A stretch of DNA of 62,915 nt, counting the filler, from Reticulomyxa filosa (lineage: Eukaryota > Protista > Foraminifera): the NCBI GenBank assembly GCA_000512085.1. It is 18 parts of 18 records of this genome, joined end to end, with 100 filler letters (N's around TTAATTAATTAA, not from the genome) between each part and the next. Parts side by side here need not be neighbours in the genome. Positions count along the whole stretch, not along the records: positions 5,031 to 11,089 come from ASPP01011106.1; positions 11,190 to 12,831 come from ASPP01029250.1; positions 12,932 to 15,980 come from ASPP01026752.1; positions 16,081 to 20,360 come from ASPP01020912.1; positions 20,461 to 36,248 come from ASPP01020900.1; 13 more parts are not named here. One strand, given 5' to 3'. The position numbers were made by a program, and so were the translations under genes. The notes under the pieces were generated by a model. The model was not told the origin of the DNA. It was given only the letters and a program-made list of their open reading frames with translations, and ran no database searches. This document shows positions 10,888 through 23,275 of this stretch, piece after piece (position 1 is the stretch's first letter; every line of letters begins with the position of its first letter).

Positions 10888-11089
10888 AAAACCGCCTGCT
10901 TTACCAATAGATTAAGCATACAATCCATATCCTTGTTATTATACCTAAAAGCGAACTCATTAACATACTTTTGAAGATGTTTAGTTGATACGTGGTGATA
11001 AATACCAAGTATTCCACGCTTTAGAGTTCCCCAAAAATTCTCCATATTGTTGGTGTGAATGTTACCGCTAGCGACATACTCTTTCGTAT
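10884..11089 (-). CDS. IS1595-family transposase, C-terminal part (5' end off contig; not in the ORF track)
   Basis: Manual translation: TKEYVASGNIHTNNMENFWGTLKRGILGIYHHVSTKHLQKYVNEFAFRYNNKDMDCMLNLLVKQAVL*, the canonical IS1595 C-terminal signature. Confidence 0.93.
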
Positions 11090-11189
11090 NNNNNNNNNNN
11101 NNNNNNNNNNNNNNNNNNNNNNNNNNNNNNNNNTTAATTAATTAANNNNNNNNNNNNNNNNNNNNNNNNNNNNNNNNNNNNNNNNNNNN

Positions 11190-12155
11190 GATATGCGGTG
11201 GAATGAACACGACTAGCTGATGTCCACTGCAATAAAACAAGCAATTGGTAAACATGTCTTCATTGGTTTCCGATATTTCCTGTTTTGCAATGGAGTTTGA
11301 GTTGTTCACCGTCTGGAGTTTGAATGCGAATGATATTTTTGGAGATATATTTGCTGGCAATGACAAGAGGTATGTCATATGGGTTGTCGAACACTGGAAC
11401 ACACACTTTGATTTGGACTCCTTCGAGCACGATGAAGCTTCGAAAGTTTTTGGTGATCTTTAAGGCACGGGCTTCGTGGCCTCTCCGAACTCGAACTCAT
11501 TGACCCTGGCGCCATCGGCAAGGGCTTCACACTTGAACTGAACGAGATCATACGGCGACGAATGAGATGAAGCAATATTTGGCGGGTGCGACAGTGTGCA
11601 TTTGAGGAACTCAATAGTGAATTTGACTTTTTTGCCCTCCAAGACCTGCAAAGACGCAGCCTTGGCATTGGCATTGGCATTGGAGCTAGGTCTGTCGGTG
11701 ACAGTGAATGAGGGCTAGACAACCAGCATGCCGACTTGGTCATTTAGTACCGGTGAGAAGAACAGTCAAGGTGACAAGCTGAGTGGTGATATCATTGTTG
11801 GCAAAGACGAAGCTTGCGACGCCGTAGCAAGCGTCGACCTGAGCAGATACAAAGAGGTCATCGTCAATGGTTTCGGGTGGCAATATTTCCCGTCTTGCTT
11901 GGCCAAGTTGTAGTAGCATTCTAAGGACGTGATCATTTCCTCAAAGTGAGACAGGTCATTTCGAACTGCAACTCGGGTCGGTGTAATGACACTATCGAAG
12001 CACCAAAATGCGCTAGGCGATGGTGTCTTGAACGAGTCAAAGTACTTGCACGTGGTGGCATTGAACAACAGACCGCGATCCAGTTCCAACGCAATGGTAT
12101 TTGCCGCCTGCGAAAGTCTTGCATAAATTGGTCGTGGATCTTTATCATTCCCCAT
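11190..12155 (-). pseudogene. Decayed gene of unknown function
   Basis: ORFs 11766-12155, 11460-11651 and 11142-11402 share one frame and are separated by isolated in-frame stops. GC content is coding-like. Confidence 0.5.
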
Positions 12156-12400
12156 TCGTCTTCGCTACCACTTTGCTGCGATGATATCTGCTGCTATCGC
12201 TTGAATGCCATTCTAAGTTCTTTACACAATAGCACTTTTGTTTGACTCGAATTTCCAACAGTTTGTCAAACACCATCAAACTGTCCACAGGCTTTTTGAA
12301 TAAAAACATTTACTCTTTTTGACTATGTCTTTCATATCTGTCTCCGCTTTTTTGAGACAAATCTTCTTTTCAATTTCGTCGTTGGCTTGCAGCGGCACGA

Positions 12401-12760
12401 TCAATTGGAACAACTGACGACTCCGAACATCACATTGTCGTGATAGTACTCAATTATCAAAGCCAGACACGTCATTAACATCGTGTGCCCACTATAAAAC
12501 AAATCCGTTCTAGTGATTTTGTAACGTAAGTTCACCAGCAATGACTCGTATAAGATATTGGCGCTCCGTTGCTGCATTGGATATTCTTGGTATGGATTCG
12601 GCAATTTCGTTCCCAATAAACACGACACCCTACATAAAAACAAAAAACTATGAATAATCAAAAATCGGCGAAACACAATAAATGTCTGTTTGCAACACGT
12701 TACCAACTACACGAAACTTATCCTCAGTATTACATATTGGCTCACGTCGGGTGATGATTT
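12401..12760 (-). pseudogene. Sphingomyelin/IPC synthase-like (PAP2-C) fragment
   Basis: RVSCLLGTKLPNP and DLFYSGHT resemble the SMS motifs TxLP and CGDLxFSGHT. A premature stop follows, and the final H...D motif is absent. Confidence 0.6.
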
Positions 12761-13419
12761 GTATTTAATCACAAATGGCGTTAAGCTTTCTTTCTTAGTT
12801 GAAATTTTTTAAAAGAAAATCAATATTGCGANNNNNNNNNNNNNNNNNNNNNNNNNNNNNNNNNNNNNNNNNNNNTTAATTAATTAANNNNNNNNNNNNN
12901 NNNNNNNNNNNNNNNNNNNNNNNNNNNNNNNCTTTACACTTGTACAATGTGTCAGTATTGTCATCAACTGGTGATAAAGCATTGATAGATTTAGTGGGCC
13001 AAGATCAAGCATGACAAACACTTGGATGAAAATAGAATCAAGTACATTCAAAAACAATGTTGGAATAATATTGGATAGTACCCAATCAGATACTAGTTGG
13101 AATGGTGTTCCTTCAACATTGTAGTCATAGAATGTGAAAAAGTGCAATTTATCAACAACAAAATTGGTTCCAATGGAAATTATTTGATGTACAACTACTA
13201 CAACAACAACAACAATAACAATCTTCATATATATTTATATTAATATAAATAAATATAAAAATAAAATAATTTATAATAAAATAAAAAAAAATAATTTAAG
13301 ATATAATAATTATAATTTTATTGTCCACAAACACATATATTTATATATGTTGTTTTTTTAAAAATAAAATATTTAATATATTTTTTTATTTTATTTTATT
13401 ATATTTTAATTTGTTTATA

Positions 13420-13487
13420 TCTTTTAACTGGAGAATAAACAAATTAAAATTTTATCTCTTTTAACTGGAGAATAAACAAATTAAAAT
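13420..13487. repeat. 31-bp direct repeat (period 37) in AT-rich DNA
   Basis: tcttttaactggagaataaacaaattaaaat at 13420-13450 and 13457-13487. Confidence 0.85.
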
Positions 13488-13762
13488 ATTATAAAATTAA
13501 AATAATATTAAAATATATTATATATTTTTTTTTATTACATAAAATTATAATTAAAAACCCCTCTTAGTCACTCACTAAAAAGGGGCTAAAGCAATCTGAT
13601 GGTATTTTAAATTATTTTAATATTTTATTATTTTTTATTTTATTTTATTTTTATTTATTTACATCAGTAAGTTGTAAATTGTCCATTTGAAGCTCGCACG
13701 CCAAAAGGCAAAATAAAATTAAATAAAATAATTACAAATAATTATATATTTGTTCCATCCAA

Positions 13763-14400
13763 TTAATTTGCGGATGATGTTGTTGTCGCATTTGTCGTTC
13801 TCGTTCTCTTTCCAGTTGTTGTTGTTGCTCTTGTCGTTCTCGTTCTCGTTGGATTTATTTTTGTAGTAGTCGCTGTTTTAGTTGATTTTGTTTTTGATGT
13901 TGCTGTTGTAGTGTTCTTTCTAGTTGAATTTGTTGTTGTAGTTCTCGTCGTTGTCGTCGTCGTTCTTCTCGTTGTTGATCTTCTCGTTCTCGTTGTATTA
14001 TCTATAGTGATCTTTGCCACATCTGCTCTGGTGATTGTTGCAGCATTGTCTATAGTGATAATTGTATTGGATCTAGTGATTGTTGACTCACTTGATCTGT
14101 TGACCAGCCATTTGCTCTGGTAATCGTTGCCTCATTTGTTCTGGTAATCGTTCTTGTTGTTGTTGCTTTGGCCTTGGCTGTTGTTGTTGTTGTTATTGAG
14201 TGATGGCGATTATTCCGGAGTTTTGACTAGTCCTCATGTTTGTGGTTCTTGTTGTTTTAATTGAGGTGATAGCGAAGATTGGAGTCTTGACTGGTCGTCC
14301 TGTTGGTTCTTGTTGTTTATGTGATGGTGATGACTCTGGAGTCTTGACTGGTCGTCCTGTTTGTTGTTGTTGTTGTTGTAAATAAAGATAAATCAAACAT
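13763..14400 (-). pseudogene. Thr/Arg/Gln-rich low-complexity (mucin-like) coding remnant with ~57-60-bp TGRPVKTP repeats
   Basis: ACA/CAA triplet runs. Repeated ggagtcttgactggtcgtcctgtt at 14281 and 14338, with a diverged copy near 14217. Reading frames are broken. Confidence 0.4.
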
Positions 14401-14858
14401 ACCGTTGTTGTTTTACATTGTTGTTGTTTTTGTTTTTTTTTTTTTTAACAAAGTCAGTTTGTTATTGTTATTGACCTTTTTTTAAGAAAAAGTCCCTTTA
14501 AGGTCTTTATAGTATGATTTATTTTTTTTGATTAAAAAAAAATGTTCATTAAAAAATTTTTTATATTGATGAAAATCATTGAAGTCATTACAATATCAAT
14601 TGTGAATTATTAACAATGGATTTTGCAATTAACATCCAGAAAATTGTGCATTACAAGAACACTCATAAGTCTCAAAAAGAAGTAAACACCAAAAAAAAAG
14701 GAAGGGTACAAACGAGGTTCAGAAGACACGCAGAAGCCAATGTTTTGTACAAAAATATTTACTTTCCATCCACTCAATCGGCAAAAAAAACAAAACAAAA
14801 CAAAATGCACGAGAATGAAGAAGAAGGATACAAGTTGTAAGAAATTGAAAATGAAAAA

Positions 14859-15850
14859 TCAAAATTCAAACGAGGCCATGATGGCAAAATGATCAGAAGG
14901 ATACTCCCATCCAGGAAGGAGAGATTCACGATTGACAGTGCGTTCATCGGGGATGTTTAAAACAGAAGTAACAACAACGCCTTTGAAATGTTGAAAAAAC
15001 AGGTAATCAATAGTATGTTTATCTTCGCCACCTTTTCTTTTTTTCCAAGTGGTATATTTGGGTTCGGAGCCGAGCAAGGATTTGTACGCACTGGTAAAGC
15101 GCAGTTTGTTATACGTTTTCTGGTACAGTTTCATATTGAGATTAATACTTTGTGCGTTTTTGGAGTTCTTTTCTTTGTAGGTTTGCAGCAAGTTTTTGAA
15201 CAGTTTATCGTCTACGATCGACGCATACGTAAATGGTGGAAACCCTTTTGTGTCCTTTGGCGGTGCATTCAGATCGCATCCAATAAAAATCGGTATGTAC
15301 TTGCGGATCTCCTGCTCAACCTTTTCTTGATATTGCAGCATTTCCGAGGCCAAGTATTGAATCTGCTTCAATCGTTGTACCTCTCCCTCCATGTCTTTTG
15401 CACTTTTCAAATGTGTGCAAACAACGATCAAGTCATTCATATCCGAATGTCCGGTTTGTGATCGTCGCAAATGCACTACTGCTGCCGCCACATCCACTTT
15501 CTTTTTTTTTTTTTTTTTGTAGATAAGAGAAAGGGGTTCCCGAAAACATAAATATATAAATATAAATGTAAATATACATATATATATATTTACATTTATG
15601 TGTACATATATCTCTCCAAATTACAGAACTTTGAAATAAAAAAAGTTAAAAAAAAAAAAAGGTTAACCTCCTTTTCGCTGACGCCATATAATCGAGAAAA
15701 AATAGTCTTAAAGCTTTTGCTTTTGTAAAAGATTGCAACACCATCAGGTAGCATCGCTTTACCCATTTCCTTTCCAATCTTTGTGCACGGACTACTTTTC
15801 TTTGGTGCAAAGATACCTTCGTATCCTTGCAGGTAATGTTTAAAAAACTG
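14859..15850 (-). CDS. Nocturnin-like (CCR4 family) EEP phosphatase, C-terminal exons
   Basis: GIFAPKKSSPC and PDGVAIFY (exon ~15668-15847). THLKS, GCDLNA, YTTWK, TIDYLF and YPSDH (exon 14859-~15500). Confidence 0.88.
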
Positions 15851-16159
15851 TTATGGCAAATATGTATACATAATATATAAATATATGTATATAGTATATA
15901 TATATGTACTCATTAAACAAACAATAAAAAAAATAATAAAATTGTGAACATGTGTTTCCTCAAATATAATTAATTATATTNNNNNNNNNNNNNNNNNNNN
16001 NNNNNNNNNNNNNNNNNNNNNNNNTTAATTAATTAANNNNNNNNNNNNNNNNNNNNNNNNNNNNNNNNNNNNNNNNNNNNTTTTTTTTTTTTTTTTTTTA
16101 ATTAAAAAAAAAAAAAAAAAAATAGGACCTTTTTATATACATATTTGTATATAAAACCT

Positions 16160-16839
16160 ATAAGTGGCGACAAATACAACGAAGGAAGCCATAATAACAG
16201 TGATTCCAGTGTACGTGGTGGCTCGGTTAGTGCCAAATCTTTGCCCCGCCAACGACACGCAAGCGACCCAAATGGGTGCTTGCCCCACGCCTTGGATTAG
16301 CCTGGCCAACCCGGCAATCCACATGTTAGTGGAAAGTGCAAACAGCACATTGCCGGCCAACAGTCCGAAACACGACAGCAGCAGTATCCAGTGGCATGAA
16401 TAAAACTCCAACAGCAAACCTGATGGCACTTGCAACACGACATACGACAGAAACAACAATGATGCCAAAAGTCCCACGCCCTCACTGTTCGTGTCAAAGT
16501 CCTTTTCAATCGCGTCTGTTATCGGAGAGATCGTCGATCGACAGAAATTCGCCATACCGTAAAAAAAAGCTGATAACAGGATCATAAAGTGATCCAATGG
16601 ATGAATCGGCCCGTTCACCTCTGTTTCGACCCTTGGCACGTCTTCTTGCGCCTCTATCTCGTCCTCCTCCTCTGCCTCCACTGCTTGTGGCTCCTTTGTG
16701 TCGTTCACTTTTTCTTTAGTTCCAAAGACACTACGTTTTGCCCATCTTTTGGCAACATTAACCTCTCACCATCTTGATCACTTTTGTCTGCTACTTCTGG
16801 GGTCGTGGAAGCTGACGTGATTCCGTCAAATATTTGCAT
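16160..16839 (-). CDS. Major facilitator superfamily transporter, N-terminal half (truncated by contig end)
   Basis: FCRSTISPITDAIEKDF, GLLASLLFLSYVVLQVPSGLLLE, ARLIQGVG. Consecutive TM helices. Confidence 0.88.
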
Positions 16840-17146
16840 TATTTAAGTCACCCACTAATTTTACCCTTTTTTCACTGTCGCTTTTTTTTTTTTTAAATCA
16901 TTTTAGATTGCAAAAAACATAAAACAAAGCAGCCGTAATTAAGTTCCAAAAGAAAAGCTGACGAGTTTTTTCTTTGTAGTTTCGGACTCTGTGTTTATGT
17001 TAATCACAGTTTCCAAAGTCCGGGTATTGCCTATTGTGTTCTCGGCATTCCCGAAAAAAGCCTGCGGCTGAAAGCTCAGACTAGTGAGGGAAAAACGTTC
17101 ATAAAAGGATTTAAATAAAAAAAACATTATCCCAATTTATACGGCA

Positions 17147-18126
17147 ATGACCTCACAAGACGCAGGCAAGAAAGCAGCAGCAGAGAAGGCGGTATTGGAT
17201 AATATCACGAGCGATATGGTATGATTCTGAAGTTTGATTATGAGTGAAGTTTTTTAAAAAAGGGATTGTACACACAAAACAAGACAATTGGGATAGGGAG
17301 TGGATCGACAATTGTCTACGCATGCGAGTTGATTGGAAAGCTGTGGAACGAGAAGAAGCTAACAAAGATAAAGTGCGTAGCGACATCGTTTCAAAGCGAG
17401 GAATTAGTGCTAAAAAGCAGGCTGCCACTAGGGAATCTAAAAGAGGACTACAACATCGACGTGGCAATCGACGGTGCGGATGAGGTGGACGAGTCATTGA
17501 ACTGCATCAAGGGAGGTGGAGCATGCCACGTGAAAGAGAAGATGGTAGCATACAACGCAAAGAAAGTAGTGATCGTGGCCGATAGCAGCAAGCAGGCGAA
17601 GCACTTGGGACAGGTATGGAAAAAGGGCATTCCCATTGCTGTGCTCGCGGAGAGTCGCAACTACGTACGTCACCGGATCCTGGCGCACGTTCAGCAGGGC
17701 AGCACATGCGAGCTGCGCATGAGCACCTCCAACAAGGCCGGTCCGGTGGTCACGGACGAAGGATTGCTGATGTTGGACTTGCAAATTGCAAATATCCGCG
17801 ATTACACAAATGCGCAGTTACACCAATTGGATACTTTGCTGCATGGCATTCCGGGTGTCGTTGGCACGGGCTTCTTTAGCCACTCCTTGATACATTCGGT
17901 TTATTTCGGCTTCCCTGATGGACGTGTGCTGGTGCTGCAGGCTCAGTCCAAACAAGGGTCGCTCGTCACCACTGTCGATGAGAAAATTCCTGAGGCGCGA
18001 TTTCCCGAGAGACAATATTTGCCACCTCCCTCGTCGTCGACTGATCATAACAACAAATCCAAAACTTTTCGCTACAAGCATGGTTCTTTGGTATTTACAT
18101 TGGTCAAGCTTTTGGGTGTTGGTTAG
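17147..18126 (+). CDS. rpiA: Ribose-5-phosphate isomerase A
   Basis: KKAAAEKA, then intron 17219-17283, then IGIGSGST, AIDGADEVD, IKGGGACHVKEK, GPVVTDEG and IPGVVGTG. The 3' end is uncertain. Confidence 0.96.
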
Positions 18127-20601
18127 TTTTGTTTTTTTTTTTTTTTTTTATGTAAAGTTTTTTCCCAATGCTTTTGAGTAAATAATCTTTTTTTATAAAT
18201 AGATAAAAAAGTTGATTGCAGTATCGCCATACGAAATTTGAAAAGTGGAACCGACTCGAAAAAGGAAACATGCTCTGTAAATAGTCCTGTCAAACTCGCT
18301 GTAGAGGATGCTGTCAACTCCAGTGTCGTTGTTGAAGTGCCACAGCTTGCTTTGTTTCAGGTCTTCATCACTGACATATGCCAACACCATGGCAATGTCA
18401 CCGACCATTCCTTCAAATTCTCTAATAATGTCGAAGTTGTTGCCTGCTTATCTTATAGTGAATAAACTTATCGGTTGCTGGGAAGTTGGAGAATTTGTAT
18501 CAATGCTTGTTTTTTTATCTTTAGGACATTGTCTTTTTTTTTGTTCTTTTCATATACTGCCATTTTTTTGATACTCGATTTTATTTGTCCGTTAGACTTA
18601 TTCAACAAACAAAAGAAAAATTTCGCATTCAGAAAAATAGTATTTACTTGGGTATTATTTACTTTAAGATAATTTTTCCTAAGTCATAGCCATTAAACAC
18701 ATAATTTCCCAAAATTGGCCAAAAATCACAATCAATGTGCAGAATTGGTTTTTTCTTTGATCATAGTGCGATTAAGTTGTTGATTTATCTTTCAAATTGT
18801 GCACAGTAAGTCAAAAATTGAACAAAAAGACATGAAAGAGCATTAAAATATACTCAACATTGATTTATGATGAAGCAATCTTTTCATTCGAATGCAATTA
18901 CAAACAGAATCAACTGGCGCACTCAAATTGGCAATTATAGGATCAGACTGTTGCTTCATATGATCAATTCATGTGCAATTTACAAACAAAACGTTTTTTC
19001 AATATATTATCAATTATGTTAAATTGATTGATATGGCTTTAATATTACGTGTCAAATACGTTGTGCAAGATTTCGTTTATATATTGTCTAAAGCATTATT
19101 TTTATTTTTCACAATAACATTTGTTGTCACAATACTGATCTCGTTATATAACGTGTTAATGTCTAATACTGTTCCACCAGTAACAATATAACATTTTAGC
19201 ATTTAATTGTCGTACAATACAAAAATATAACTATCTGTTTGAAAAAGATTTTTCACTATTTCAAATACTCAATCTTGTCATTTTATCCAAAAGTTATAAT
19301 ATTGAAATGTTCAATATGCAAATTGCATATGCATTAATAATGAACTTCAGATATGTTAACTTCGTCATTACGACATGCTTACAGCCAAAGCTAAACATAT
19401 TACAATCAGTTAGCTATATGATTTTATCCTGGCTTCTAATGCTGCACAAGTTTATTCATTTGCATAATGTTCATGACAACTGACATTATTTCATCTATTA
19501 TTAATCGCGAACTTGGGTCTTATTAGTATCATAAATCATTTTAAATTCCTTTTCTCCATTTAACAATTCGTCATTTTATTTTCTTTCTTTAATCAATAAT
19601 TTTTAATATTCTTTTTAAAGTTGTATACTTTATTTGTAAATTTTTATTATTTTCTAACGATTATATAAAGTTTTAGACTGCCACAAATACATTAAAATCA
19701 CAACTTGACATAACAGTCTCCACTTAGTATTGTAGTCTTTCAATATAATTTATCAAATAATGACTACATTTATTCAAACAATTACTGATACTAAATTGTA
19801 GCATAGCTCGCAGAGCAATATGGTCGTTTATTCTTATATTATTGTATATATGATATTTGATATATACAATATAAATCGCTCTTTATCAAATCAACAGTTT
19901 GTTCGTACGTTGGCTGAATATTATTACGAATATTATATTCGTAGATCAAATTTACAACGATAATCTTGTCGACGTAAGCTATTTCGACAATAACTGACTA
20001 GTCTAATGTGAACGTACCGTTCAATGTGTTGGATATTTCTATATTTTTTATCTTTGCTGAAACTTGAACGTCATCACATTTCGAGTACAGTCAACTTTGA
20101 AACTAGACGATTCGTCTGTGATCATGCGCTATGATGTTGGAGAAGATCTAGTACATACGGCGTTTGTCCGATATCAAACAACAAAAACGCAGACAGTTCG
20201 GACATCAAGCGCGTCATGTTAGTCAATTTCACATTCATCATTTATGCAATATATCTTGTTTAGTGCTGTTATCTTTACTGTTATTTCTATTTCATGAGTC
20301 ACAATTCATTACATAAAAAAAACTAATAGAAAAATTCAAGTAAGTTTTGCAGTAAACAATNNNNNNNNNNNNNNNNNNNNNNNNNNNNNNNNNNNNNNNN
20401 NNNNTTAATTAATTAANNNNNNNNNNNNNNNNNNNNNNNNNNNNNNNNNNNNNNNNNNNNAAAAGAAGAGGAGAGAGAGAGAGAAACACAAAAGAAGAAA
20501 CTATTTTTTTTTAGTTATACGTTTTGTATGTAATGTGTGTGTTTTTTTTCCTTTCTCTCTCTCTCTCTCTCCTCTTTCCTCTCTTTTATTTGGTCATAAA
20601 A

Positions 20602-23244
20602 GACACTACCATTGATTTACCTGTTGGAAAGTCGTTTGGAAATGTTTTGCGGCGGAGGACGTTCGGTGCAAGTGGTGGCATTCAACACAGGCCGATACCT
20701 GTGGAAATATCCGCAACATTTGATGTTGCGAGAGAATGCGCTGTATCACTTGACAAACCATTGGCAATATCGGCAACAATTATTGAACAAGCAAACATAC
20801 CCACTTGTGTTTACTCCCGACTCGTTCTGGAGTGACGACTTTATGAAATATTTGCATGTGTATTTGCCCGTGTTTGCGCTAGTGGCAAGAGTGGATTTGT
20901 CACCGCTGATTGCAGAAGAGAGTCGTTATTTGATGATATATTTGCCCATTTATCTGAAGGCGGCAGAAATTCCGGTCGTGCAAAGCACGGAAGTGTCGTA
21001 TCGCAGCAATGCCATGTACGCATTTACTATGGACTTTGCGAACGATGTGGAGCAATACATTCGAGAAAAGTTGCGTTTGCCATCGGAAGTGGCACAGCCC
21101 CTCAAACTGCAGTCTCTGGTCTTACCACAAATACTACCGCCTTGGAAGGCCGACGAGGCTTTGGACAGTCCATTGTATGGAAACATTTTCGCTTTGATTG
21201 AGCAATTTCCTCCTTCTCTTTCTTCTTCTTCGCAAAATGCAAGTGAAAAGACGACAAAAACATTGCTTGATATGAGATTGCATTTGTTGGTATACGCCGT
21301 CATCAGTTTATTGAAAGGAAAATCGAACGTCACTCCAGAGGTCTTTTTTTTAATAAAAAAAAAAATAAAATAAAAAAAATAAAAAATTTTTTACACTTAA
21401 ATCAAGTGTCAAATGCAAAAACACAATAGGAATGGGATCTTATTCGATTGGTGTTGTTGCACGCAGTGTTGCTCGAGGAAATGCCCTTGGAATATCGATC
21501 GCAAAGACTGCCCAACATAGTCGATATCGCGATAACGGAAGACGGCGACGAGTCCAGTGAAGATGACGAAGACGACGTGTGGGAGGAAAAGGAAAACGAA
21601 AAAGTGTCGCAAACGAAAATGCCAGCCGACAGAGACAAAAAAGGCCAGTCTGAAATACGTGCCAAAACTCGGATTGCTCGTTTGGGTGGCGATAGTGACT
21701 GGGAAGATATTGGCGATGAAGACGAGCCCGAGCCCGAGCCTGTTGAATCCGCGCAAAACAATGGCAAAAAGGACGCGAAAAAAGGGGATGTGTCCGATGC
21801 AGAACAAGCCAAGGAAAAGCAGTCCACGGCAGAGACTGCCCACAAAGAGTCAAGTCATTTGGTTATTTCCGCTTCCAAAGAAACTAACGAAAGAAGAGAT
21901 GATTTGAGATTTGGTGCCACTGCCAATGTTGTTGTGCCTAAAAGAGATTCACAAGTTTCAACAAAAATTTTATTTATTTATTTGTTTGTTTTGGTTTGCG
22001 ACTTGCAATGAATGAGAAATTTAAATAAATAAAATAAAAGAAAGAGGAAAAAGAAAATGGCAAAGATTTCTTTGAAAAGTGTTGGTGGAAACGATTTCCA
22101 ATATTGCATCCATTGGATACATTGATGATACACTATGTGAATGTGTATGTACACGCATGGAATAAACAAGAGAAAGTGCAACAAATCGACTTTGAGCAAC
22201 TCGTTTTGGATGCACGTGAAAACGACCCGAACGACAATCCTTGGATCGATTTCTTGCCAAAAACGGCCGTCGATATATTCGACGGTCGCTTGTTGTGCCA
22301 ACTGCTGTCTTTGCATGAAATCTTATCACAAAGCGACGTGGAGCAACACTTGGGTCTGTCCTCAAACACCCTTTCCAAAATGTCCAAGCTCTTTGACGCG
22401 GTGGTGGAATACACCGCATCCTCTGAAAACACCAAAGACAAAGTCCTCTTGTTCCCCATCATCCAATCTCCAGTGGGGAAAACCATGAAATTTCCTGAGG
22501 TTGCTTTGCAAAGAAAAAAAGAAGATCATGCCTTTGTTAAAGTCGATTCCGCTTTGGTGCAGTTGCGTTTCTTTTTTAATTGTTATTGCAGTTTTCTTGT
22601 TATTGAAGTTTTCTTGTTATTGAAGTATTTTGCAGTTTAACTTCAACTTTTTTCCAAAAAAAAAAAAAAAAAAAAAAAAAGGGCATTGGTAGGTGATTTC
22701 AACGAAGATTTGGAAAAAGTTGGACTGATAAAAGATGCTCGTCGTGTTGGACATTTGAAACGCCGTCTTCAACATGAAAACAAAGTCTTGGAAGAACAGT
22801 TGTGGAATACAGGATCGATTGTACACGATCAGATTGTCACGATCCAAGAGGAGGCCTCACAAAACCAGAAATTTGTGCGATTCTTGGAAAAATATGCTGC
22901 TTCTTTAGAAGGGGGAAAAATTGTGCTGCGTGATGTATCAATATCGAAAAGCACGGAGGAGAAGAAAAAAGAAGAGGAAGAACAAGACAGTGGCAATGCC
23001 CGTGATGGCAAAGGTGGTAGCAAAGCCAAAGGTGGCGGCAAAGGCCCAAAAAAAGGGGGAAATTCCGTGCGTCAAAAAGCAGCCGAAGAAATCCGCTTAC
23101 GACAACAAAAAGAAAAGTTGGAAAAAATTGAAAATCTCATTAATGTATTGTCAGGGCAGCACAAAGAAGTTGAAATGCGGATTTCGAAATTAGATGAAGA
23201 GCTGTCTTCTATGGATGACCCAACCACAGGTTAACTATTTTTGC

Positions 23245-23275
<31 letters not shown>

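Larger units (their letters stand above)
7947..11089 (-). mobile_element. IS1595-family transporter element, right part: transposase 3' end, passenger R-M-S gene and putative right end CGGATTTA at 7947-7954
   Basis: Transposase C-terminus at 10884-11089. Its TGA overlaps the passenger ATG (ATGA). Shortly after the passenger stop is CGGATTTA on the plus strand, the inverse of the left end at 5739. The match is only 8 bp. Confidence 0.62.

Noticed and set aside
5031-11089. Horizontal transfer of bacterial genes into the host genome
   Set aside because: The contig is bounded by artificial spacers, with no eukaryotic flank or introns.
11190-12155. Stop-codon reassignment or selenocysteine readthrough
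   Set aside because: The interrupting stops are of all three types (TGA, TAG, TAA), and intact neighbouring genes use the standard code. Pseudogenisation explains it.
18600-20360. Possible RNA genes or ORFs in long AT-rich stretches (also 33500-35350)
   Set aside because: No tRNA, rRNA or CRISPR structure and no credible ORF could be recognised by eye.
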